Assembly: GCA_963666285.1 (NCBI GenBank)
Contig: OY762711.1
Direction: 5' to 3' (one strand)
Length of the DNA stretch: 64,000 bases
From: Sedimentisphaerales bacterium
GTDB taxonomy: Bacteria; Planctomycetota; Phycisphaerae; Sedimentisphaerales; SM23-30
Position numbers and translations under genes: made by a program
In this document: positions 57,377-64,000 of the stretch, piece by piece
Layout of the letters: each line of letters opens with the position of its first letter
Numbering within the stretch: the stretch's first letter is position 1
The notes under the pieces: generated by a model
Databases searched by the model: none
What the model saw: only the letters and a program-made list of their open reading frames with translations
What the model was told of the DNA's origin: nothing

Positions 57377-58526
57377 CAACAACAACGACAATGAGCTTGA
57401 ATATCTAAAAAAAGGATTGTCATTAGAGCAGAATCTAATTTTGGAAAGGATTCCAAAAGTGTTCACAGAAGAAAACACAGCAAAAGCAATAGCCAACATA
57501 AGATCGTTTATGAAGGACCATTCCTTCACCAACAAGCAGCTCGCCGACCGTTGCGGCTTCAGCCAGACAACAGTCAGCCAACTAATCAACGGCAAATATC
57601 CAGGCGACACACCAAAAGCGTTAACAACTATTATTAAGTTCATGAACGCTCACTGTCGCAATAAGCTGCACCACAACGAAATGCCCGAATATGTCGAGAC
57701 CTCAGTCGCTCGTGAGATCGGAGCACTCATCACCAACACCACATCCTTCAGCCAGAGCGAAGGCAAAATCGGCCTGGTTATTGGAGATGGCGGCCACGGC
57801 AAAACCCACTGCCTGCAAGCCTGGTGCAAAGTCAACCCGCACAACTATTATATCAGGCTGCATTCCTGCATGACCAACAAGGATATCATGGTAGCGATCG
57901 CTAAAACAGTCGGCAGCGATTATTCCGGCAGCATCGCTTACATAATAGATAAGCTCGCAGCGGAACTGGCCGACCGGTTTGCTGTCATAATTATTGATGA
58001 GGCCAGCAACCTCAAGGTCAAAACTCTTGACCTGCTCCGCCAGGCTATATGCCTGGAATGCGGCTGCCCGATGATTCTGTCAGGCAACGCCGCTCTAATA
58101 AAAACAATCCACAAAGATTCAGCTCGCAGCGGCTACGAATCAATCGATCAGTTTAACAGCAGAGTTATGCGAACCTTGAACCTTGACCTGGCCGCCTCAA
58201 CCAGCACAGACCCGAACACAGGTCTCTATACCGAAAAGGATATTATCGATTTATATCAATATCAGGGTATCGGACTGGCCAAAGATGCCGTCGATACCCT
58301 GCGTAAGATCTGCCAGACCCCACACTCCGGCAGATTGCGTGTCTGTGCCGATATCATCAAAGCCCTGCACACCAGCCCAGACATATACAAAGCTCAACTG
58401 ATCACAGGCCAAAACATAATCACAGCTATTCGCATGCTGCAGCTTCCATTCGCCGACCGGCTGCCGGTCACAGTTGTCAAACCAAAACATCAAACATCCA
58501 GCCAGCAGGCCAAAGCCACAGCATAA
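57366..58526 (+). CDS. Mu B / TniB-like AAA+ transposition ATPase with N-terminal HTH
   Basis: FTNKQLADRCGFSQTTVSQLINGKY is an HTH. Walker A is GDGGHGKT and Walker B is VIIIDEAS. The gene overlaps the transposase by 11 nt. Confidence 0.8.
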   Translation: MDNNNNNDNELEYLKKGLSLEQNLILERIPKVFTEENTAKAIANIRSFMKDHSFTNKQLADRCGFSQTTVSQLINGKYPGDTPKALTTIIKFMNAHCRNKLHHNEMPEYVETSVAREIGALITNTTSFSQSEGKIGLVIGDGGHGKTHCLQAWCKVNPHNYYIRLHSCMTNKDIMVAIAKTVGSDYSGSIAYIIDKLAAELADRFAVIIIDEASNLKVKTLDLLRQAICLECGCPMILSGNAALIKTIHKDSARSGYESIDQFNSRVMRTLNLDLAASTSTDPNTGLYTEKDIIDLYQYQGIGLAKDAVDTLRKICQTPHSGRLRVCADIIKALHTSPDIYKAQLITGQNIITAIRMLQLPFADRLPVTVVKPKHQTSSQQAKATA

Positions 58527-58538
58527 CAGAGGTTTAAC

Positions 58539-59033
58539 ATGCCATTAAACTATAAAAAAGTACAGCTCTTACAAATCGCTATGAAAGCAGCCGGCCTGCG
58601 TAAACCGGAACGTACCGAAGCGAGCGAAGCTCAGTACCTGTTCTACCTGGCCCAGTTCAAAGACAGTAAGGGCAGCCCCATCACCAGCAGCAAATATCTG
58701 TCGAACGCCCAGATGGACACCATCCTGGAAACATGCGAGGAGCTCGGCTGGCGAAATCCAAACAAGAGCCGCCGCAACTACCACGGCGAGATCAGCCAGG
58801 CAATGATAGATGGTATCAATGCCCTGGCCGGAGATCTCGGCTGGCAGCCTCACCAGCTATCAGGCATGGTCCGGAGGATGACCAGGCAAACCCAATCAGA
58901 TCCCAGCGAGCTGACAGTTGCCGAAGGCCGCAAGGTAATCGAAGCAATGAAAGCTATGCTCAAGAGACACAACCCGGACATCACCGGCAATAACTTAACC
59001 GACATTCAACAGAAATTTGAATTTAATTCATAA
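58539..59033 (+). CDS. GemA / Mu gp16-like (DUF1018) protein
   Basis: KKVQLLQIAMKAAGL...SSKYLSNAQMDTILETCEELGW matches the gp16 family pattern as I remember it. The gene lies after the B-like gene. Confidence 0.55.
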   Translation: MPLNYKKVQLLQIAMKAAGLRKPERTEASEAQYLFYLAQFKDSKGSPITSSKYLSNAQMDTILETCEELGWRNPNKSRRNYHGEISQAMIDGINALAGDLGWQPHQLSGMVRRMTRQTQSDPSELTVAEGRKVIEAMKAMLKRHNPDITGNNLTDIQQKFEFNS

Positions 59034-59047
59034 CGAAAGGAAGTATT

Positions 59048-59797
59048 ATGGGCATAAATGAACGCAGAAAAACAAAATATACGCCATCACCTTGGCTAAT
59101 AGCTGAAGATGTATTCGATAAAGAAAAGTTTTTAGATTTTTGTGAGAGCGTTTGGGATGCTACTCAATCTAACGGGAACCTTTCAGATACATTTAAGGTG
59201 ATACAAACTTCTGAAGAGACAGGTTCTCTTACTATAGCTGTGATTGGAAATGGACCTCAATCAGAAGGAAACTCAAAGCTAATTGCTTCAGCTCCGGAAC
59301 TTCTAAGAATGCTAGATAAAACATCTGCCTACATTGCAAGAGGTAGTGATCCTGCATCGCTTCTTGATGAGATTGCAAAAGTCATGAGTAAAGCAACTGG
59401 CGTAACTATCACACTTCATCGTAATGCACCATCTGGTCAGGTCGATTTAGATTCATTAGAATGCTTTCTGGATGAGCTGGGTCGCGGACTGTTAAACACT
59501 ATTTGCAATGTTATCAATTCCCTCGTTAACAGTGCAGCAAATAATAAAATACACCACGCTGTCAAAGTTGCCGACAACTGGGAAAGTCCAGATATTAAAG
59601 CAATCATCAACTACAACCGAGAGAGCGACATCGAAAAGAATCTAAGCGAAATCAGCCAGAATATCAGAATCCACTGGAAAAATTATTTCGAACACAACTA
59701 TAAAAACATAATCAGTAAATATCCCGGCCTGACAGACAAATCGGTAGCGTCAGACCAGACATTAGATACTGGCTCTAGTAACTGTCCGGATGAATAA
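59048..59797 (+). CDS. hypothetical phage protein
   Basis: A 249-aa ORF with no recognised motif. Confidence 0.45.
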   Translation: MGINERRKTKYTPSPWLIAEDVFDKEKFLDFCESVWDATQSNGNLSDTFKVIQTSEETGSLTIAVIGNGPQSEGNSKLIASAPELLRMLDKTSAYIARGSDPASLLDEIAKVMSKATGVTITLHRNAPSGQVDLDSLECFLDELGRGLLNTICNVINSLVNSAANNKIHHAVKVADNWESPDIKAIINYNRESDIEKNLSEISQNIRIHWKNYFEHNYKNIISKYPGLTDKSVASDQTLDTGSSNCPDE

Positions 59798-59873
59798 ATC
59801 CGTGGTTCAAAGATTAAATTATTCGTGTCTATTTGTGTCCATCCGTGGTTCAAACAGACAAGGAGTAAATGAA

Positions 59874-60011
59874 ATGATAACCTCAAAAGACTATCATATA
59901 AAACCGGCCACCGCCGACCAGACCAAAAACACCCAGCAAGCCGCCGCTCGCCGGGTATTACTCGAACATAACCGCCAGAAGCAACAGCGTAAAACTGGCC
60001 GTGAGCGATAG
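59874..60011 (+). CDS. possible 45-aa basic protein
   Basis: ATG 59874 lies after AAGGAG. The upstream part of the track ORF is made of TCCGTGGT repeats. Confidence 0.3.
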   Translation: MITSKDYHIKPATADQTKNTQQAAARRVLLEHNRQKQQRKTGRER

Positions 60012-60099
60012 CGAACACCTTAACTATTAGTTTTTAGTTATTAACTATTAACTTGCCAGGCGTGATGGACCACGCCGCAGCATAGAACGGAGTCTTATT

Positions 60100-60603
60100 A
60101 TGGCAAAACGCACCAAATCTAAAACCGACCTGATCCAGATCGAAACCTTCGATCAGGCTGACAAGCTATTAAAAAGAGCTAGCGAACTACAAGCCTCTAT
60201 CGATCAGGCAAACAACGAACTGACCGCCATGATCGACCAGCTAAAATCCCATACCAAAGATACAGTCGGGCCTCTCCAGCTTGAGATCGACAAGATTACT
60301 AAATCCCTTCAGGCATACTGCACCGCCAACAAACAAGAATTTGGTAACGCCCAGAGCAAAAAACTAAACCACGGAAAGTTAGGTTGGCGCAGATCTTCCA
60401 GTATCACCGTCAGAAATGACACTTTAGACCTCATTAAACAGCTATTCAAACCTGCCTTAAAAAAGGTTTGTATCGTTGTTAAAGAGACCGTCAGCAAAGA
60501 TGCCCTGGCAGATCTAACCGATGACCAGCTCACCGACATCAACGCCAGGCGTAACCACAAAAACATATTTTTCATCGAACCGGAAAAGGTTGAGATTAAA
60601 TAA
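60100..60603 (+). CDS. gam: Gam-like host-nuclease inhibitor
   Basis: An N-terminal coiled coil (ADKLLKRASELQASIDQANNELTAMIDQLK) is present, with ...KLNHGKLGWRRSSSITV... and a Mu Gam family-like length and layout. Confidence 0.65.
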   Translation: MAKRTKSKTDLIQIETFDQADKLLKRASELQASIDQANNELTAMIDQLKSHTKDTVGPLQLEIDKITKSLQAYCTANKQEFGNAQSKKLNHGKLGWRRSSSITVRNDTLDLIKQLFKPALKKVCIVVKETVSKDALADLTDDQLTDINARRNHKNIFFIEPEKVEIK

Positions 60604-60872
60604 TGGACAAACACGAAATAGCAGCAAAACTATTTCCCCAGCTCGAAGAGTTGCGAGAAATCATCGAAACCAGAATCGCGGTAGTATCGGACAATTATCC
60701 ATGCGAGCCGACCTGTTTTTGGATGGTCATCCGCAACAAAGAGCTTATCTGTGTCTGGTCCAGGAATCTGGCAAAAGATGATAAAAAGATAATCAGACTC
60801 TGGGACCCGGCCAAAGGATTGACCTGGCACCAATGGTACCAGCTATGGCTGGCCTGCCATGAATATTTATAA
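60603..60872 (+). CDS. hypothetical phage protein
   Basis: An 89-aa ORF with an ATAATG junction with gam. Confidence 0.4.
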   Translation: MDKHEIAAKLFPQLEELREIIETRIAVVSDNYPCEPTCFWMVIRNKELICVWSRNLAKDDKKIIRLWDPAKGLTWHQWYQLWLACHEYL

Positions 60873-60955
60873 TTAAGCGTGAGCGGAGCGAACACCGCCC
60901 CTAACACCTAACACCTAATACCAAATACCTTTTATAGCGACAAAGGATTGAAGCT

Positions 60956-61336
60956 ATGAAACACTCAAAACCAATCACAACCCCATCACAGCAATCCGAA
61001 CTGCTGCACATCCTGCAGGCAGCCGCCGAGCCTGCGCCCGCAATCGACCTGGCCAACACCGCAGGTCTGTCCGGATCCCACGAATCCAAACGCCGCAAGG
61101 TACGTGATCTCATCAAAAAACTCCGAGACAATGGCCACTGGATAGTTGCGACGATCCAGGGCGGCTACTGGCTCACTAAAGACAAATATTTATGGCAGCA
61201 ATACAACGAGCATAGATCAATCGACGCCAAGGTTATCCTGGCTGATATCTCCCGCCGCAAACAGGCTCAGCGTGACCAGCCTCAGGGCATGCTCTTCGAC
61301 GTAACTAATTTAAACGCTATAGCAGGAGGATTTTAA
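60956..61336 (+). CDS. winged-helix-like DNA-binding protein (middle/late regulator candidate)
   Basis: SKRRKVRDLIKKLRDNGHWIVATIQGGYWL shows a wHTH-like pattern. The gene lies just before the tail genes. Confidence 0.35.
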   Translation: MKHSKPITTPSQQSELLHILQAAAEPAPAIDLANTAGLSGSHESKRRKVRDLIKKLRDNGHWIVATIQGGYWLTKDKYLWQQYNEHRSIDAKVILADISRRKQAQRDQPQGMLFDVTNLNAIAGGF

Positions 61337-61551
61337 TGGCAGGTCATATCCAAACAGATTACATGCACATTGATGGTACCCCGATCATTCTATCACAAGG
61401 CTTAAATCCAAATAGCGGCGAATGGCGTGCATACAAAAAGAACAACCTTACAAAGATCGCGGCCATCAAGCCCGGCACAGTTGATTTCTGTAATCGGCAG
61501 ATGGCAGAAGGCAAAAGCAGAGTCATTATCCCTAAAGGAGCGAAGAAATGA
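61336..61551 (+). CDS. hypothetical phage protein
   Basis: A 71-aa ORF with start/stop overlaps on both sides. Confidence 0.35.
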   Translation: MAGHIQTDYMHIDGTPIILSQGLNPNSGEWRAYKKNNLTKIAAIKPGTVDFCNRQMAEGKSRVIIPKGAKK

Positions 61552-62042
61552 GTAATATATATACTGATTGTGCCAACGCCGCCATCGCCGCCGCAACAGC
61601 CCTGGAATTCACCGAAGGCGTTGCACTCTTTAAGACCGTCGAATTCTGGAACTCACAGTTTGACGCTTCTGTCGGCGGCATGAGCAGCTTCGACCGACTC
61701 GCTCCGTTTTTCTTTATCGAACCGGCAGCAGACGGCGGCAGGCGTGCCGGTGACGGAGATCTGAACGCGCCGGTAAACTTAAATATTATGATCGGCCAGA
61801 GCATGACCGGCAGAAGCGATAACGTCAAGGTCGGTGATGCCTATAACCCCGGCATCTTTGACATGCTCGAAAAGGTTATGCAAACCTTCGACATTTGGCA
61901 TCCAAACAGCGTCGATGGCTTCAGCGGTATTACTGTAGATGAATTCCGCTATCAGGCATCCTACGAACAGGCCGACGAAAAATGTAAACGGGCATTATAC
62001 CAGATAACTTTCACTAGTAACTACATAGTACCAAGGAGTTAA
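61548..62042 (+). CDS. tail-completion/terminator candidate
   Basis: A 164-aa ORF directly upstream of the tube-like gene. The call rests on position only. Confidence 0.3.
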   Translation: MSNIYTDCANAAIAAATALEFTEGVALFKTVEFWNSQFDASVGGMSSFDRLAPFFFIEPAADGGRRAGDGDLNAPVNLNIMIGQSMTGRSDNVKVGDAYNPGIFDMLEKVMQTFDIWHPNSVDGFSGITVDEFRYQASYEQADEKCKRALYQITFTSNYIVPRS

Positions 62043-62047
62043 ATTAA

Positions 62048-62941
62048 ATGGCTAACCAAAGAACCCACAAGGCCCAGGCCGCTACTATCAACGGAGTTTC
62101 GGCAGGCGGCCTTACCACCGTTAACATAACTAAAGGATACGACAACGTTATCTCGTCCGAAGCTGACGGACTTGAGATCCCGCTCGTCGATAAAGAGATC
62201 CAGTTCTGTCGCGGCAGCGTTACCACCCAGGACATCACCCAGGCAATCAATCTTTTAACCGGCGAAGTAGGCACCTTCGTCTTTTATGAAATGGAATCAG
62301 GTGTAGCTACTTATGTCAAGCATACCATCACCAACCCGGTCATCCACCAGGTAAGTTTTAATATCGCCAAGGGCGGCTACGCTACCTGCAGCTTTAATTT
62401 CGAATGCAAAGCCGCCGACGCCACCAAAGGTTTCGCCGACATGCATACTGTCCTACGCGAACAGGCATCCCCGGATTATGTCGCAGCTAATCGCGGCGGC
62501 CACCGTGTCAAAACTCTGGCCTTATCTACTGTCAACATCCTGCATGTTACCGGCATTTCATTCTCACTGGCTCTGGAACTCAGCCGGGCCTGTAACGATA
62601 GCGATATTGGTTACACCGTTGTCGATGCTATCCTGCAGGGCTATCAGCCGGGCGGTAGTATCGCTTTCGAAGATTCCGGCCCAACCGCCGCCCAGGACTT
62701 ATCAGCCGACATCCTGTCAGCTGCTCGCGGCAGCCTGGTAGCTACAATCGCAATGGCCCAGGGAGCCACTGACAAAGTTATCACAATCGCCGGCGTCGAG
62801 TCCACCCAATGCAGCCAAAGCTCCTCTTCGTCCGGCGGCTTTACTACTTATGAAGGTAGTTATATAGTAACAAACAACACCATGACGCCGTTAACCCTGG
62901 CAGGTACCAACAAGATCATCACTATCGCTAACGCGGCATAA
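62048..62941 (+). CDS. major tail (tube) protein candidate
   Basis: A 297-aa Thr/Ala/Gly-rich ORF with two similar halves, immediately upstream of the tape measure gene. Confidence 0.4.
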   Translation: MANQRTHKAQAATINGVSAGGLTTVNITKGYDNVISSEADGLEIPLVDKEIQFCRGSVTTQDITQAINLLTGEVGTFVFYEMESGVATYVKHTITNPVIHQVSFNIAKGGYATCSFNFECKAADATKGFADMHTVLREQASPDYVAANRGGHRVKTLALSTVNILHVTGISFSLALELSRACNDSDIGYTVVDAILQGYQPGGSIAFEDSGPTAAQDLSADILSAARGSLVATIAMAQGATDKVITIAGVESTQCSQSSSSSGGFTTYEGSYIVTNNTMTPLTLAGTNKIITIANAA

Positions 62942-62953
62942 TAAGGTAATATT

Positions 62954-64000
62954 ATGGGCAAAGACCTAAACATTGAAATAACCGCAACCGGCGTTAATGT
63001 CACCAACGAAAAATTAAAAGGGCTCGGCAAGACCGGCAAGAAGGTCGGCGAAGAAATCCAGCAAGGCAGCCAAAAAGGCAAAGAAGGTTTAGAAGGACTT
63101 GACCAGCAAAGCAAAAAAACAGAGAGAGGTCTAGGTTCATTTGTCAAATCTATAGGAGACTTTAAGACCAAAATCTTTTCTGCAGTTGGTATCATTACCA
63201 CCCTGATCGGCATACTCAAAATATGGCTTGACTATCTTAACAAAATCGCCGCCGCCCAGCGTGAAATCGCCGAACAGGCTAAAAGCCTGGATTCCGCTGC
63301 CAAAGCTCTTGCCTCCCAGGCCGGTATCATGAGCACCGAAGGGGGGATCGCCGCTTCCAGGGAACAAATAATTAAAATAATGCAGGGCGGCAACCTTTCA
63401 GACGTCGGGCTCGCCGAAGGCATCGCCGTTTCCACCCATTCAGCTTTTGGCACAAAAGGCCAGGCTTTGACCGACTCGCAGGTTGGTATCGCTTCAACTG
63501 TAGCTGACTTTGCTCAGCGTAAAGGCATCAGTGCCTCCGGAGCTGACCAGCTCTTCAAAGTCTTAGCCGCTATGGATGTCTCCGACCAGGCGTCAGCTCA
63601 ATCGGCTATCCAAAAGATATCCTCCGTCCAGCAAGCATCCAAAGCCAAAACTTTCGAGCAGTTCATTACCGGCGGTGTAAAATCTCTAATCCCGGCCATG
63701 GCAATGGGAGCCTCCCCGGAGCGAGCCCTGGCAGATTTTGCAACTACCCTTAACGCTTCATCCTCCGCCGAAGAAGGTGCCACAACGGCCAGCCAGCTCT
63801 CCAGGTTATTACAAAGCCCTGACGCGATCGCCGGTATGACAGCAGGCACCGGCCTCTCTGAAGTACAATTCCGCAACCTGCCCTACGATCAAAAGATGGG
63901 CATGCTCGACCAATTTCTTAAAGGAAACTCTTCTACCGGTGAAGGGCAGATGTACCTGCAAAGTTTAGGCCTGACCGAAGAGCAAATGAAGGCAGCCGTA
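62954..64000 (+). CDS. tail tape measure protein, N-terminal part (runs off the window end)
   Basis: My own translation from ATG 62954 is MGKDLNIEITATGVNVTNEKLKGLGKTGKK...IITTLIGILKIWLDYLNKIAAAQREIAEQAKSLDSAAKALASQAG... It is Ala/Gln-rich and helical, with a TP901-type core feel. There is no stop before 64000. Confidence 0.7.
   Translation, partial: MGKDLNIEITATGVNVTNEKLKGLGKTGKKVGEEIQQGSQKGKEGLEGLDQQSKKTERGLGSFVKSIGDFKTKIFSAVGIITTLIGILKIWLDYLNKIAAAQREIAEQAKSLDSAAKALASQAGIMSTEGGIAASREQIIKIMQGGNLSDVGLAEGIAVSTHSAFGTKGQALTDSQVGIASTVADFAQRKGISASGADQLFKVLAAMDVSDQASAQSAIQKISSVQQASKAKTFEQFITGGVKSLIPAMAMGASPERALADFATTLNASSSAEEGATTASQLSRLLQSPDAIAGMTAGTGLSEVQFRNLPYDQKMGMLDQFLKGNSSTGEGQMYLQSLGLTEEQMKAAV

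Larger units (their letters stand above)
28100..64000. mobile_element. Mu-like transposable prophage; left boundary approximate, right end beyond the window
   Basis: It contains a DDE MuA-like transposase, a MuB-like AAA+ ATPase, GemA/gp16, Gam, a DUF3486 gp27-like protein, TerL, a portal-MuF protein, a prohead protease, an HK97-type capsid and a tape measure. TYCGTGGT motifs are shared between both arms. Confidence 0.8.

Noticed and set aside
59799-59855. tRNA 3' fragment / att site suggested by GTGGTTCAAA strings
   Set aside because: No acceptor or anticodon arms can be drawn. The strings are two copies of the TCCGTGGT phage motif family.

Overview
The first ~28.1 kb of this 64-kb window is chromosomal backbone. 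The rest, from ~28.1 kb to beyond the window end, is a Mu-like transposable prophage.

Backbone genes:
- a prolyl oligopeptidase gene running off the window start
- a radical-SAM/SPASM enzyme, followed by a 1.2-kb AT-rich non-coding gap
- a translationally coupled five-gene operon: carrier protein, AsnB-type glutamine amidotransferase, adenylating ligase, NadE-like PP-loop ATPase, hexapeptide acyltransferase
- a CBS-domain ClC channel and two GT4-type glycosyltransferases
- an S41 C-terminal-processing peptidase with an ABC-2-like permease
- a secreted transglutaminase-like protein and an HExxH lipoprotein
- a reduced dcw head (mraZ, rsmH, LysM protein, FtsL-like) with a four-box, 10-bp-phased MraZ-type operator

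The most unusual feature is a 719-nt ORF-less group II intron present in two copies that differ by 2 substitutions. It has a domain V and a domain VI with a bulged A 7 nt from the 3' end.
- One copy sits one nucleotide after the start codon of the transglutaminase-like gene. Removing it restores ATG-AAA-AAA-TTA, giving an MKKLLSS signal peptide.
- The other copy lies in a non-coding heptamer array, and an uninterrupted paralogous 'empty site' exists 4 kb away.
- The intron is open in frame with the host ATG along its whole length. That frame ends in TAATG, and domain VI carries an SD+AUG in frame with exon 2.

Intergenic DNA of both host and prophage carries G-poor tandem heptamer arrays, each preceded by a GCGAnnACC-like anchor.

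The prophage has MuA/MuB/GemA/Gam genes, a candidate tail tube and a tape measure on the + strand, but its terminase-portal-capsid arm is on the - strand. It also has a switch region with three ribbon-helix-helix (RHH) genes and phased operators, and ten copies of a TYCGTGGT motif.

A PVC/Planctomycetes-type host is my inference only. No rRNA, tRNA or CRISPR array was seen.
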